Shown here: positions 1 to 13,971 of the stretch, piece after piece
Layout of the letters: each line of letters opens with the position of its first letter
How positions within the stretch are numbered: position 1 is the stretch's first letter
Assembly: GCF_003334305.1 (NCBI RefSeq)
Contig: NZ_QOWS01000021.1
Length of the DNA stretch: 64,000 nt
Source of the DNA: Escherichia coli
GTDB taxonomy: Bacteria; Pseudomonadota; Gammaproteobacteria; Enterobacterales; Enterobacteriaceae
Direction: 5' to 3' (one strand)
The notes under the pieces: model-generated
What the model was told of the DNA's origin: nothing
The model's input: only the letters and a program-made list of their open reading frames with translations
Databases searched by the model: none
Made by a program: the position numbers and the translations under genes

Positions 1-197
1 TGCCACAGGGACATCGCCACCAGAAACGCGCCGGTTCTGATGGCGTCTTCCACAGTAAACTTCCGGTTGCTGTCTGACTCCGCCTGTTCTGCCTGCCGTT
101 TCATCAGGGCGAGATGCTCAATACGCTGCAGGGCTGACAGTTCAGAAAGCGTGACGGTCACGCCGTTATGTTCAAATGATTCGGTTTTCAGGAACAT
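1..197 (-). CDS. G: Tail assembly chaperone gpG, N-terminal part (gene runs off the window)
   Basis: Reverse translation from the ATG at 197-195 gives MFLKTESFEHNGVTVTLSELSALQRIEHLALMKRQAEQ..., which matches the recalled lambda gpG. It lies directly downstream of V as in lambda. Confidence 0.85.
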   Translation of the reverse strand, partial: MFLKTESFEHNGVTVTLSELSALQRIEHLALMKRQAEQAESDSNRKFTVEDAIRTGAFLVAMSLW

Positions 198-212
198 CGC
201 TGACTCTCCGGA

Positions 213-953
213 TTAACTGTCGGTGACAGTGATTTCTGCAACCGCAGCAAGTTCACCATTACCGGATACAACCGGAATGTTGACCTTACCTGCAGCAACG
301 CCTTTCACGGTGATGGTCATACCACTGACCGACACGGTGGCTTTTGTTTTATCCGCTGACACCGCACGGAAGCTCTTGTCAGTTGCGCCCTCCGGCTGGA
401 ATGCTGCGGTCAGCGTGGTGCTCTGCCCTTTCACCACCGAGGAGCTGGCAGGCGTCACAGTCATACCGGTTGCCGCCGTCACCGTACTGCGATCTTCTGC
501 CATTGACGGACGGCCCACATTGGTGACCTTCACCGTACGGGTGATCACTTCCTTCGCCGTCACCGCCTTACCGATACTGCTGACCCAGCCACGGAACACA
601 TCGACCGTGCCGTTCGGGAAGCGGATTTTATAGGCACGGGTATCACCTTCATTAAACCACGCCAGCAGCGCCTGCTGCCCCTGCTCTCCGGGCATCCACG
701 CCAGCGTGAAGCTGGTATCTCCGGCGGATTTCTGCCCCTGCCCGGTCGCGGTCCAGTCCGCATCTTCATCATCGAGATAACTGTCGTCATAGGACTCAGC
801 GGTCAGTTCGCCGGGCGTCAGGTCTTTAACTTTAGCCAGACGCGACCAGTCAACGTCTGAAAGCGGGTTCGCATAAGGGTCGCCGCTCCCGTTATAAACC
901 CACAGGGTGGTTCCGGCACCTTTCACCGGTATTGCTGGATTTGGTACAGGCAT
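213..953 (-). CDS. V: Major tail tube protein gpV (C-terminal Ig-like region)
   Basis: ORF 213..983. Lambda gpV starts MPVPNP, which is Met11 of this ORF, and a GAGG lies upstream. 246 aa, near-identical to recalled lambda V. Confidence 0.93.
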   Translation of the reverse strand: MPVPNPAIPVKGAGTTLWVYNGSGDPYANPLSDVDWSRLAKVKDLTPGELTAESYDDSYLDDEDADWTATGQGQKSAGDTSFTLAWMPGEQGQQALLAWFNEGDTRAYKIRFPNGTVDVFRGWVSSIGKAVTAKEVITRTVKVTNVGRPSMAEDRSTVTAATGMTVTPASSSVVKGQSTTLTAAFQPEGATDKSFRAVSADKTKATVSVSGMTITVKGVAAGKVNIPVVSGNGELAAVAEITVTDS

Positions 954-960
954 ATCGTCC

Positions 961-1356
961 TCACATTTCATAGGTAATGACATAAGTCAGATCGGCAGAA
1001 CTCCACAGGCCCGCATCATCGTCGCGCCGGTAGTCATAGCCACTGGCCACCATACTGGTGATCAAATCTGACAGTGCCGGGATATCGCTCATCACCGGAT
1101 AAATCCGGGACTCCATCCACGCATCCAGCTCTGAATCCGGCACCTGAGCAGGCAGGAAAACTTCGATATGCAGTTCCGCCTGCCAGGTATCGCTGTCCAG
1201 CTCTTCGCCCGTGTATTCAGCGCCGGTGAGATAAACGGCAACTGCCGGAAAATCCGCCTCATCAAAAACAGCGGGGCGACCATCAAAAAACGTCGCCCCG
1301 GTGTCATGCTTCTCCAGTGCATCCAGTACGGCTGCACGGAGTTCAGTATGTTTCAT
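961..1356 (-). CDS. U: Tail terminator protein gpU
   Basis: 131 aa, [20 protein letters not shown]..., matches recalled lambda gpU; synteny. Confidence 0.93.
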   Translation of the reverse strand: MKHTELRAAVLDALEKHDTGATFFDGRPAVFDEADFPAVAVYLTGAEYTGEELDSDTWQAELHIEVFLPAQVPDSELDAWMESRIYPVMSDIPALSDLITSMVASGYDYRRDDDAGLWSSADLTYVITYEM

Positions 1357-1931
1357 CGCTTTATTACCATCCTCAGTTGATGCTGCAGCGCATAGCCCAG
1401 CTCTTTCGGAAGACGCTCACGCCGTATCCGCTCAATATTCTGTTTAAACGCCGTGGTCAGCGGCACCGCCATCGGGATTTTCACCACATCAATGGGGTAA
1501 CGGTTTTTCCCGGCCACACGCTGCATGACATGCCAGCGGCCATTTTTCAGTTGCTGAATAAACGCGCCGGGAATACGACGGTTTCCCACCACAAGCACGC
1601 TGCCGCCACCTTTCAGGGCTGAACGCTGCCCCTTTTTACGACGCCTGCGTCGGGACAGGACAATCCGCGCGTTACCCAGCTTTATTACGGGCAAATCCCC
1701 CCGGTTAACCTTGATTCTGGCCTGCGGATTTTTGACCGTGGCCCTTTTCAGCCTGGCCCTTTCCTTTACCAGTTTCCGGCGTACCTTTGTCTCACGGGCA
1801 ACCTGTGACGCCGACTGCGATATCGCGGATGAAGCAACGCGGTTAATGGCCATTGCGGCGGCACCAGGCACCGCCGTTTTGCTGATACGGCTGAGGTTTT
1901 CAATGGCCTGCTCAAGACCTTTTATGGCCAT
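1353..1931 (-). CDS. Z: Tail completion protein gpZ
   Basis: 192 aa, lambda gpZ length and position; 4-nt overlap with the U start. Confidence 0.9.
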   Translation of the reverse strand: MAIKGLEQAIENLSRISKTAVPGAAAMAINRVASSAISQSASQVARETKVRRKLVKERARLKRATVKNPQARIKVNRGDLPVIKLGNARIVLSRRRRRKKGQRSALKGGGSVLVVGNRRIPGAFIQQLKNGRWHVMQRVAGKNRYPIDVVKIPMAVPLTTAFKQNIERIRRERLPKELGYALQHQLRMVIKR

Positions 1932-1942
1932 ACATCCCCCTT

Positions 1943-2296
1943 TCAGCGGCGACGGTTAACGGCAGGCGGTACGCCCCGCCCAAGCCAGAGATGACAGCTT
2001 CCACCATCATCCGGCGAAACCCGGTCTATCCAGAAGTTTTCCTCACCGATGGTCAGCGTGTCTCCACGCCGCAGCTGCCGCACATCATCAGTCCGGACAA
2101 ACAGGGACGGGCTGGAGCCTTCAACGCGCACGCCCTGTCCGGCATAGCTGATATTTTCAGGGTCATCAAAAACACCACGTATTACTGCGCCGGACTGCTC
2201 ACCGGATGTCATGGTGGCTGACGTTCCCATGTACCCGCGTATCGTTTCATCGGCGCGGACAATGGCAGCATCGAACAGGTTATCGAAATCAGCCAC
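1943..2296 (-). CDS. FII: Head-tail joining protein gpFII
   Basis: 117 aa, MADFDNLFDAAI...; lambda gpFII length and position. Confidence 0.9.
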   Translation of the reverse strand: MADFDNLFDAAIVRADETIRGYMGTSATMTSGEQSGAVIRGVFDDPENISYAGQGVRVEGSSPSLFVRTDDVRQLRRGDTLTIGEENFWIDRVSPDDGGSCHLWLGRGVPPAVNRRR

Positions 2297-2307
2297 AGCG
2301 CCTCCCG

Positions 2308-2703
2308 TTATTGCATTCTGGCCAGGCCGCGCTCTGTCATTTCGGCTGCCACACCGGCAGAGACACGGAACGCCGTTCCCGGCAGCACAAATGCCACAGC
2401 CTCATCCCGCGTGGCGTGAAGTGCATCAGTATGCAGCGTCACCAGTGCCACAACCGTGACCAGATCAGCCGTATCAGTCACGGTATCCGGCTGCGCTGAT
2501 ACAACCTCATTTTCATGTCCGGTCAGCGCATTTTCCGGGCTGACAGATGTGTCCTGACCAGCAGCGTCATCCGTGTCATCAAGCTCCTCTTCCAGCTCTG
2601 CCACACGGAGTGCCAGTTCTTCTTTCGTCCCCGTCAGGCTGACATCACGGTTCAGTTGCTCACCCAGCACCTGAAGACGGGCAATCAGTTCATCTTTCGT
2701 CAT
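2308..2703 (-). CDS. FI: DNA packaging / head completion protein gpFI
   Basis: ORF 2308..2742. Recalled lambda FI begins MTKDELIARL, which is an internal Met of this ORF, giving 131 aa. Confidence 0.88.
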   Translation of the reverse strand: MTKDELIARLQVLGEQLNRDVSLTGTKEELALRVAELEEELDDTDDAAGQDTSVSPENALTGHENEVVSAQPDTVTDTADLVTVVALVTLHTDALHATRDEAVAFVLPGTAFRVSAGVAAEMTERGLARMQ

Positions 2704-2744
2704 GGACTCCTCCACAGAGAGAAAATGGCCCCGAAGGGCCATGA

Positions 2745-3770
2745 TTACGCCAGTTGTACGGACACGAACGCATCAGGGTCAGCCAGCAGCATCAGCGGTG
2801 CTGACTGAATCATGGTGAACTCACGCGCCGGATCGCCGGTGGTCACCCAGTTTTTCGGGTAGCGGGCAGAGGCGTTAATACCTTCGCGCTGTGCGTCCGC
2901 ATCCTGAATGCAGCCATAGGTGCGCAGACCGCGTGCCTGAGTGTTCCCCAGCACCATCGTGTTGTCCGGCAGGAAGTTCTTTTTGACGTCGTTTTCCACG
3001 TACTGTCCGGAATACACGACGATCGCCGTATCGCCATACATCCCCTTATAGGACACCGCTTCGCCCAGGTCTTTTACCGCTGTCTCCAGCTCGGAATTAG
3101 AGCCGCGACGGGTATCCAGCTTCTCCTTGACGGCTTTGAAGGAACGGAACAGCGCCCAGCCTTTCGGATCAAACACGATGATATTCACCACACCGCTGGC
3201 GTTCAGCGCGTAGGCTTCGATATCGTCGGTCGGGTCATACGTGGACTTGTCACGCTTGCTCCACTCCGTACCGCCGGACTGCGTGATGTTGTTCGCCACA
3301 CTGCGGCCCATATCCACTTCAACCGGATCGAAGGCTTCACCGGTCATGGTATATTTGCCCTTAAGCACGGCAGAAACGGCCTGCATCTCTTCGACCTGAG
3401 CAATGGCCAGCTCTTCGTCTCGCATGTTCTGCAGGATGATGCGACGGCGGCGGTAAGCCGGGTCCGCCAGATTCTGTGGATCTTCATCCGGCAGGCGACG
3501 CAGGGTCATCTGCGGATTCACCTCATGCTTCGGCTTGACATATCCCGGTGTAAATTCAGAGGTGGAGCCGCCACGGGAGCGGATAACCTCACCGGAAACA
3601 ATCGGCGAAACGTACAGCGCCATGTTTACCAGTCCCGGAATTTGTGAGAGATAGACTTTCTCCGTGGTGAAGGGATAGCTCTCACGGAAAAAGAGACGCA
3701 GAAACAGCGGATCAAACTTAAATTTCTTCTCATTTGCCGCCAGCAGCTGGGCGGTTGTGTACATCGACAT
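2745..3770 (-). CDS. E: Major capsid protein gpE
   Basis: ORF 2745..3797. Lambda gpE starts MSMYTTAQLL; the ATG at 3770 was verified in the sequence. 341 aa. Confidence 0.95.
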   Translation of the reverse strand: MSMYTTAQLLAANEKKFKFDPLFLRLFFRESYPFTTEKVYLSQIPGLVNMALYVSPIVSGEVIRSRGGSTSEFTPGYVKPKHEVNPQMTLRRLPDEDPQNLADPAYRRRRIILQNMRDEELAIAQVEEMQAVSAVLKGKYTMTGEAFDPVEVDMGRSVANNITQSGGTEWSKRDKSTYDPTDDIEAYALNASGVVNIIVFDPKGWALFRSFKAVKEKLDTRRGSNSELETAVKDLGEAVSYKGMYGDTAIVVYSGQYVENDVKKNFLPDNTMVLGNTQARGLRTYGCIQDADAQREGINASARYPKNWVTTGDPAREFTMIQSAPLMLLADPDAFVSVQLA

Positions 3771-3825
3771 AAAAAAATCCCGTAAAAAAAGCCGCACAGG
3801 CGGCCTTTAGTGATGAAGGGTAAGG

Positions 3826-4158
3826 TTAAACGATGCTGATTGCCGTTCCGGCAAACGCGGTCCGTTTTTTCGTCTCGTCGCTGGCAGCCTCCGGCCAGAG
3901 CACATCCTCATAACGGAACGTGCCGGACTTGTAGAACGTCAGCGTGGTGCTGGTCTGGTCAGCAGCAACCGCCAGAATGCCAACGGCAGCACCGTCGGTG
4001 GTGCCATCCCACACAACCAGCTTACGGGTGGAGGTGTCCAGCATCAGCGGGGTCATTGTAGGCGCTTTCGCACTCAATCCGCCGGGCGCGGTTGCCGTAT
4101 GTGCCGGGTCACTGTTGCCCAGCGGCTGGTAATGGGTAAAGGTTTCTTTGCTCGTCAT
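3826..4158 (-). CDS. D: Capsid decoration protein gpD
   Basis: Lambda gpD starts [12 protein letters not shown]; ATG at 4158. 110 aa. Confidence 0.95.
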   Translation of the reverse strand: MTSKETFTHYQPLGNSDPAHTATAPGGLSAKAPTMTPLMLDTSTRKLVVWDGTTDGAAVGILAVAADQTSTTLTFYKSGTFRYEDVLWPEAASDETKKRTAFAGTAISIV

Positions 4159-4167
4159 AAACATCCC

Positions 4168-4773
4168 TTACACTGGTGTGTTCAGCAAATCGTTAACGGC
4201 ATCAGATGCCGGGTTACCTGCAGCCAGCGGTGCCGGTGCCCCCTGCATCAGACGATCCAGCGCAGTGTCACTGCGCGCCTGTGCACTCTGTGGTGCAGCT
4301 GCCAGAATGCGGCGGGCCGTTTCCACGGTCATACCGGGGGTTTCGGCCAGCACGCGTGCCTGTTCTTCGCGTCCGTGAGCCTCCTCACAGTTGAGGATCC
4401 CCATAATGCGACTGTTTTCTGCCGCAACCGCTGCGGTGATCTGCGCGTTCACGTCCGGCTGCGCCGCGCTGGCGTTCTCGCCCTCCGTCGCTTGCACCAC
4501 GCCAGTAACGTCAGCCTGCGAAGCAGTGGCTGAAACAGTTGTTGATTGAGTCTCTTTGGTCATTCGCCCTCCTGAGAGACGGGATTTACGTGCATCCAGT
4601 GCATCACGCATGACGGTGATCGCATCGGTACTGTTAACAAGTTCATCAGCCAGTCCGGCATCAATGGCCTCCTGACCGCTGTACACTGCAGCCTCGGTAT
4701 CCAGCACAGCCTGCACGGACAGGCCGGTATATGCCGACACCTTCTGTGCAAACATCCGGCGGGTTGCATCCAT
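4168..4773 (-). CDS. Nu3: Scaffold protein Nu3, nested in-frame in the 3' part of C
   Basis: The internal Met (MDATRRMFAQKV...) is 201 codons before the shared stop, the same nesting as lambda Nu3 in C. Confidence 0.75.
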   Translation of the reverse strand: MDATRRMFAQKVSAYTGLSVQAVLDTEAAVYSGQEAIDAGLADELVNSTDAITVMRDALDARKSRLSGGRMTKETQSTTVSATASQADVTGVVQATEGENASAAQPDVNAQITAAVAAENSRIMGILNCEEAHGREEQARVLAETPGMTVETARRILAAAPQSAQARSDTALDRLMQGAPAPLAAGNPASDAVNDLLNTPV

Positions 4774-5467
4774 CCGGGACTGCAATGTTTCCCGGACATC
4801 ATCCGGTAGATGGCTGTAGGGGTTGCCATCCACCTTATGGCTACCGCTGTAAATCAGCGTGATTTCCACGCCCTGTTTCTCCAGCGCAGCGCCGTAATTA
4901 CTGTGAGCCATCATGACGCCGATGGAGCCTGTCCGGGCGGTCTGCGTGACCAGACGCCGGGAGGAGGCACTGGCAAGCAACTGACCTGCGCTGCAGTTCA
5001 TGTCATTGGCCAGCGCCCATACCGGCTTTATGTCACGCACACGGGCGATGATGTCAGCGCAGTCAAATGCCCCTGCCACCATCCCGCCTGGCGTATCCAT
5101 ATCGAGCAGAATGCCGTCCACCATCGGGTCGCTGGCAGCCTGTTGCAGACGGGCGATAATGCCGTTGTAACCGGTCATCCCCGAATACGGCTGCAGCGCC
5201 CGCGTCCGGCTGACCAGCGTGCCGGACACCGGCAGCACGGCGATGCCGTTCATGACCTGATAACTGCGGGCCTGTCGTGGTCCGTCATCATCAACGGATA
5301 ACGCCAGCGCCGCGGGTGCCTCTCCGGCAGTCAGGCTGTCGCCGGATACCGCATCCGTCAGGCGGCTGATCCCAAGCTGGCCTGCAAGCGCACAAAAGAA
5401 AACCCGCGCATAGGCGGGTTCAAGCATCAGCGGCTCATTAAAGGCCATACTGGCAATATGCGGGAGA

Positions 5468-5487
<20 letters not shown>
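4168..5487 (-). CDS. C: Prohead protease / scaffold fusion gpC (ClpP/SppA-like S49 family)
   Basis: 439 aa from the GTG at 5487 (VTAELRNLPHIASMAF...). This reproduces lambda gpC length and the 20-nt overlap with the B stop at 5468. Confidence 0.9.
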
Positions 5488-9168
<3,681 letters not shown>

Positions 9169-9194
<26 letters not shown>

Positions 9195-9714
9195 TCAGCA
9201 ACCCCGGTATCAGTTCATCCAGCGCGGCTGCTTTGTTCATGGCTTTGATGATATCCCGTTTCAGGAAATCAACATGTCGGTTTTCCAGTTCCGGAAAACG
9301 CCGCTGCACCGACAGGGGGATCCCGTCGAGAATACTGGCAATTTCACCTGCGATCCGCGACAGCACGAAAGTACAGAATGCGGTTTCCACCACTTCAGCG
9401 GAGTCTCTGGCATTTTTCAGCTCCTGTGCGTCGGCCTGCGCACGCGTAAGTCGATGGCGTTCGTACTCAATAGTCCCTGGCTGGAGATCTGTCTCGCTGG
9501 CCTGCCGCAGTTCTTCAACTTCCCGGCGCAGCTTTTCGTTCTCAATTTCAGCATCCCTTTCGGCATACCATTTTATGACGGCGGCAGAATCATAAAGCAC
9601 CTCATTACCCTTGCCACCGCCTCGCAGAACGGGCATTCCCTGCTCCTGCCAGTTCTGAATGGTACGGATACTCGCACCGAAAATATCAGCCAGCTGCTTT
9701 TTGTTGACTTCCAT
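9169..9714 (-). CDS. Nu1: Terminase small subunit gpNu1
   Basis: 181 aa, MEVNKKQLADIFGASIRTIQNWQEQGMPV... (winged HTH); lambda Nu1. Confidence 0.95.
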
Positions 9715-9742
9715 TGTTCATTCCACGGACAAAAACAGAGAA

Positions 9743-9903
9743 AGGAAACGACAGAGGCCAAAAAGCTCGCTTTCAGCACCTGTCGTTTCCTTTCTTTTCA
9801 GAGGGTATTTTAAATAAAAACATTAAGTTATGACGAAGAAGAACGGAAACGCCTTAAACCGGAAAATTTTCATAAATAGCGAAAACCCGCGAGGTCGCCG
9901 CCC
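9743..9903. other. cos site: cosN 12-nt cohesive-end sequence (9892-9903, AGGTCGCCGCCC = complement of GGGCGGCGACCT) plus cosB R elements
   Basis: Exact lambda cohesive-end sequence. GGAAACG-core R sites lie at 9743-9754 (R1), 9780-9791 (R2, inverted) and about 9838-9851 (R3), between cosN and Nu1 as in lambda. Confidence 0.9.
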
Positions 9904-10102
9904 CGTAACCTGTCGGATCGCCGGAAAGGACCCGCAAAATGATAATAATTATCATCTACATGTCACAACGTGCATCTACGCCATCAAACCACGTCAAATA
10001 ATCAATTATGACGCAGGTATCGTATTAATTGATCTGCATCAACTTAACGTAAAAACAACTTCAGACAATACAAATCAGCGACACTGAATACGGGGCAACC
10101 TC

Positions 10103-10297
10103 ATGTCAACGAAGAACAGAACCCGCAGAACAACAACCCGCAACATCCGCTTTCCTAACCAAATGATTGAACAAATTAACATCGCTCTTGAGCAAAAAGG
10201 GTCTGGGAATTTCTCAGCCTGGGTCATTGAAGCCTGCCGTCGGAGACTAACGTCAGAAAAGAGAGCATATACATCAATCCAAAGTGATGATGGATGA
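10103..10297 (+). CDS. Small conserved lambdoid protein (lambda orf-64-like), probable ribbon-helix-helix fold
   Basis: 64 aa, MSTKNRTRRTTTRNIRFPNQMIEQINIALEQKGSGNFSAWVIEACRRRL...; same sequence and position as the orf next to cos in lambda as recalled. Confidence 0.75.
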   Translation: MSTKNRTRRTTTRNIRFPNQMIEQINIALEQKGSGNFSAWVIEACRRRLTSEKRAYTSIQSDDG

Positions 10298-10658
10298 ACA
10301 TCCCGGTTTCTTCCACCATCGCACCGGAAAAGCGACTATGAGGGTAACCCTGCGTCTGTCAGCACAGTAAAACCCGGTGTGCATCGTTTTTGATTATTCC
10401 CGCACACTCACGCAGAAGGAATTCCCCGTCGGGCTACGGTCATGGTTAATGCGGGAATACGGCGACGATACAGCGCAGCTAAAAGGGTAATGGACAGATA
10501 GAGCGGTTTATTTCATTCCACAGGATTCTGAGTGCCCCCCCCTCCTCCAATAGGCTGAGCATCCACCTATATAGTTTTAATTTTCATCAATCCATTTAAC
10601 TATCGTTTAATTGTTGTCACATAGGATTCTGCCGTTTTTAACAATGCAGGATAATAAG

Positions 10659-10952
10659 ATGAAAAAAATGTTGTTTTCTGCCGCTCTGGCAATGCTTATT
10701 ACAGGATGTGCTCAACAGACGTTTACTGTTGGAAACAAACCGACAGCAGTAACACCAAAGGAAACCATCACCCATCATTTCTTCGTTTCGGGAATTGGAC
10801 AGGAGAAAACTGTTGATGCAGCCAAAATTTGTGGCGGCGCAGAAAATGTTGTTAAAACAGAAACCCAGCAAACATTCGTAAATGGATTTCTCGGTTTTAT
10901 TACTTTAGGCATTTATACTCCGCTGGAAGCGCGTGTGTATTGCTCACAATAA
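10659..10952 (+). CDS. bor: Bor outer-membrane lipoprotein (serum-resistance lysogenic conversion protein)
   Basis: 97 aa from MKKMLFSAALAMLITGCAQQ (lipobox LITGC); matches recalled lambda Bor. Confidence 0.93.
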   Translation: MKKMLFSAALAMLITGCAQQTFTVGNKPTAVTPKETITHHFFVSGIGQEKTVDAAKICGGAENVVKTETQQTFVNGFLGFITLGIYTPLEARVYCSQ

Positions 10953-10983
10953 TTGCATGAGTTGCCCATCGATATGGGCAGCT

Positions 10984-11445
10984 CTATCTGCACTGCTCAT
11001 TAATATACTTCTGGGTTCCTTCCAGTTGTTTTTGCATAGTGATCAGCCTCTCTCTGAGGGTGAAATAATCCCGTTCAGCGGTGTCTGCCAGTCGGGGGGA
11101 GGCTGCATTATCCACGCCGGAGGCGGTGGTGGCTTCACGCACTGACTGACAGACTGCTTTGATGTGCAACCGACGACGACCAGCGGCAACATCATCACGC
11201 AGAGCATCATTTTCAGCTTTCGCATCAGCTAACTCCTTCGTGTATTTTGCATCGAGCGCAGCAACATCACGCTGACGCATCTGCATGCCAGTAATTGCCG
11301 CGTTCGCCAGCTTCAGTTCTCTGGCATTTTTGTCGCGCTGGGCTTTGTAGGTAATGGCGTTATCACGGTAATGATTAACAGCCAATGACAGGCAGACGAT
11401 GATGCAGATAACCAGAGCGGAGATAATCGCGGTTACTCTGCTCAT
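10984..11445 (-). CDS. Rz: i-spanin Rz
   Basis: 153 aa from [20 protein letters not shown]...; lambda Rz. 4-nt overlap with the endolysin stop. Confidence 0.92.
   Translation of the reverse strand: MSRVTAIISALVICIIVCLSLAVNHYRDNAITYKAQRDKNARELKLANAAITGMQMRQRDVAALDAKYTKELADAKAENDALRDDVAAGRRRLHIKAVCQSVREATTASGVDNAASPRLADTAERDYFTLRERLITMQKQLEGTQKYINEQCR
11043..11225 (-). CDS. Rz1: o-spanin Rz1 lipoprotein, embedded in the +1 frame of Rz
   Basis: 60 aa, [24 protein letters not shown]... (lipobox VVGC, Pro-rich); lambda Rz1. Confidence 0.92.
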   Translation of the reverse strand: MRKLKMMLCVMMLPLVVVGCTSKQSVSQCVKPPPPPAWIMQPPPDWQTPLNGIISPSERG

Positions 11446-11939
11446 TGTTTCCCCCACAAACAGACTTCACGCTCAATCTCACGGCGAGTCATCAGTCCTT
11501 TCCATTGATTACCGCCAGCGTATGTCCAGCGCTGTAGCTGATCACATGCGCCTTTAATATCACCCTGGTTTATTTTGCGAAGAAGCGTCGATGTTCTGAA
11601 ATTGCCAGCACCCACGTTGTAGACGAACGAGTAAAGAGCGCCGCGCGTTGTTTCCGGTATATCGACTTTGATGTACCGGTTAATTTGTCTGGCGACAGTT
11701 GCAAGGTCTTTATTCAGGAGGGCTTTGCACTCTGCTTCGGTATACGTTTTACCGGGAATGATGTCTTTTCCTGTATGCCCGTAACATACAGTCCATACAC
11801 CAACTATGTCTTTGTAAGGATTATGTCTCACACCTTCCAGACCATCGTTACCACTTGGGCCAGTGATTAACACAGATGCTATAGCAATAGCCCCGCCACC
11901 AATAGCAGCAGCAACAGCTTTTCGTAATGATGGAGGCAT
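11442..11939 (-). CDS. R: SAR endolysin, phage 21 R / DLP12 RrrD type (T4-lysozyme-like muramidase)
   Basis: 165 aa. The N-terminal Gly/Ala-rich signal-anchor-release segment is [20 protein letters not shown]. The E-x8-D-x5-T catalytic spacing is present (GLEGV...YKDIV...WTVC). Matches recalled RrrD/R21. Confidence 0.92.
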   Translation of the reverse strand: MPPSLRKAVAAAIGGGAIAIASVLITGPSGNDGLEGVRHNPYKDIVGVWTVCYGHTGKDIIPGKTYTEAECKALLNKDLATVARQINRYIKVDIPETTRGALYSFVYNVGAGNFRTSTLLRKINQGDIKGACDQLQRWTYAGGNQWKGLMTRREIEREVCLWGKQ

Positions 11940-12154
11940 TATTCACCTCTCGCAGCCTTGCGCTTATCTTCTTTAATCTTGAAATAAAGGTTTGTCAGGT
12001 ACGTCAGCAGGCCAAATACCAGGCTACCCAGCACACCTATTGCTGCCCACTGTGAGGGCGTGACTTTATCGAGCAGCTGTAAAAACCAGTACCCGGCACT
12101 ACCTGCTGAGGTGCCATAGGCGACACCCGTTGTTAACTTATCCATGGATTTCAT
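11939..12154 (-). CDS. S: Pinholin, phage 21 S / DLP12 EssD type, with dual-start motif (MKSM)
   Basis: 71 aa, [28 protein letters not shown]...[11 protein letters not shown]. Met1 and Met4 correspond to the S21-71 antiholin and S21-68 holin arrangement. Confidence 0.9.
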
Positions 12155-12266
12155 AACCCCACCTCGCAGACAAAGCGGGTGTAAATTGAGGGAATACTAC
12201 GAAACGTAACAGACTCGGAGTCAGTGAATAACTCAGGTATTGGGTTATCAGCTAATATCGAGACTC

Positions 12267-12299
12267 AAAAAATGGAAAAACCCGCTCGACGGCGGGTTT
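12267..12299 (-). terminator. Intrinsic terminator on the minus strand about 120 nt upstream of the holin gene
   Basis: Minus-strand RNA reads AAACCCGC-CGTCGA-GCGGGTTT followed by TTCCATTTTTT. Confidence 0.6.
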
Positions 12300-12727
12300 A
12301 AGCTGTGTGACGAAGTAACCACTCTTAACAGCATAACCAATTTTTTACGTACGTAAACCACTAAATGATATTTGCGAGAATGCTACCGAGTATTGAAAAC
12401 ACCACTACAAATACATAAGCAAATCTCAACAAATAACCAACAAATAATTTCCAGCGTTATTTTTAGCCAATTTAAATTGAACCTTCAAATTATAGAGCAC
12501 TTATAAATAACAGCCATTAATATAAATTGGCTAATAGATTTATTTTTATTCAGCCAAGAGCCATGAATAGGATTCGATAGAAAAAAGTTCAGATAAAAAT
12601 AGAGATCTACTTCACAAATTAAACGAGAAACCAAAACTTACATCTTGAAATAATCACATTGATTAGATGAATATTTATCGCGCAGTGACATCATTTTTTA
12701 ATAATAGTTCAAAAAAAAGGGCTCACG

Positions 12728-13810
12728 ATGAAAAAATTAACAGTGGCAATTTCTGCTGTAGCTGCATCAGTACTGATGGCGATGTCTGCTCAGGCAGCTG
12801 AAATTTATAATAAAGACAGTAACAAGCTGGATCTGTACGGGAAAGTTAATGCTAAGCACTACTTCTCCTCTAATGATGCAGATGATGGTGATACTACTTA
12901 TGCCCGTCTTGGCTTCAAAGGTGAAACCCAAATCAACGATCAACTGACTGGTTTCGGTCAGTGGGAATATGAATTCAAAGGCAACCGCGCTGAATCTCAA
13001 GGTTCCTCCAAAGATAAAACCCGTCTTGCCTTCGCTGGCCTGAAATTCGGTGACTACGGCTCCATCGATTATGGCCGTAACTACGGTGTAGCATACGATA
13101 TTGGTGCATGGACCGACGTTCTGCCAGAATTCGGTGGCGATACCTGGACCCAAACAGATGTATTCATGACTGGTCGCACCACAGGTGTTGCAACTTATCG
13201 TAACAACGACTTCTTTGGTCTGGTTGATGGCCTGAACTTTGCAGCTCAGTATCAGGGCAAAAATGACCGAAATGAAGTAACTGAAGCTAATGGCGATGGT
13301 TTCGGTTTCTCAACTACTTATGAGTATGAAGGATTCGGCGTGGGTGCAACCTATGCTAAATCTGATCGCACTAATAATCAGGTTATCTACGGTAACAACG
13401 GTCTGAATGCTTCTGGTCAAAATGCTGAAGTATGGGCAGCTGGTCTGAAATATGATGCGAACAACATCTATCTGGCCACCACCTATTCTGAAACCCAGAA
13501 CATGACTGTTTTTGGTAATAACCATATTGCCAACAAAGCACAAAACTTCGAAGCTGTTGCACAATATCAGTTCGACTTCGGCCTGCGTCCATCCGTTGCT
13601 TACCTGCATTCTAAAGGAAAAGACTTGGGTGTTTGGGGTGATCAGGACCTGGTTGAATATGTTGATGTAGGTGCAACCTATTACTTCAACAAAAATATGT
13701 CCACTTTTGTTGACTACAAAATCAACCTGATTGATAAGAGCGATTTCACGAAAGCATCTGGCGTTGCTACCGATGATATCGTTGCTGTAGGTATGGTTTA
13801 CCAGTTCTAA
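12728..13810 (+). CDS. nmpC: Phage-borne general porin, NmpC / Lc (PA-2) type, intact
   Basis: 360 aa. Signal peptide ...MSAQA|AEIYNK, OmpC/OmpF-family sequence throughout, C-terminal ...GMVYQF. Matches recalled K-12 NmpC, which is IS5-disrupted in K-12. Opposite strand to the late genes, as in DLP12. Confidence 0.92.
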   Translation: MKKLTVAISAVAASVLMAMSAQAAEIYNKDSNKLDLYGKVNAKHYFSSNDADDGDTTYARLGFKGETQINDQLTGFGQWEYEFKGNRAESQGSSKDKTRLAFAGLKFGDYGSIDYGRNYGVAYDIGAWTDVLPEFGGDTWTQTDVFMTGRTTGVATYRNNDFFGLVDGLNFAAQYQGKNDRNEVTEANGDGFGFSTTYEYEGFGVGATYAKSDRTNNQVIYGNNGLNASGQNAEVWAAGLKYDANNIYLATTYSETQNMTVFGNNHIANKAQNFEAVAQYQFDFGLRPSVAYLHSKGKDLGVWGDQDLVEYVDVGATYYFNKNMSTFVDYKINLIDKSDFTKASGVATDDIVAVGMVYQF

Positions 13811-13946
13811 TTTGATTACTAAAAGATATGTTGTGGGAGGCTTTGCCTCCCCAACATATAAGTGGCTCCCTCAAGCCACTTCCTTTAGAAGCACAACCTT
13901 GCTTCTAACTATACAAACCTTCTGTTATATATTACCCTTTATTTTT

Positions 13947-13971
13947 GGGGGCGTTTCAACGCCCCATTTTT
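13947..13971 (+). terminator. Probable nmpC intrinsic terminator
   Basis: GGGGCG-TTTCAA-CGCCCC stem-loop followed by ATTTTT. Confidence 0.6.

Noticed and set aside
9830-10087. 85-aa plus-strand ORF across the cos region
   Set aside because: It covers cosN and cosQ, a sequence near-identical to the lambda non-coding right end. Lambda has no gene here.
10933-11145. 70-aa plus-strand ORF overlapping the bor end and Rz, and the 77-aa minus-strand ORF 10638-10871 inside bor
   Set aside because: They overlap confidently identified bor, Rz and Rz1. The only embedded gene accepted here is Rz1, which has a lipobox and matches lambda.
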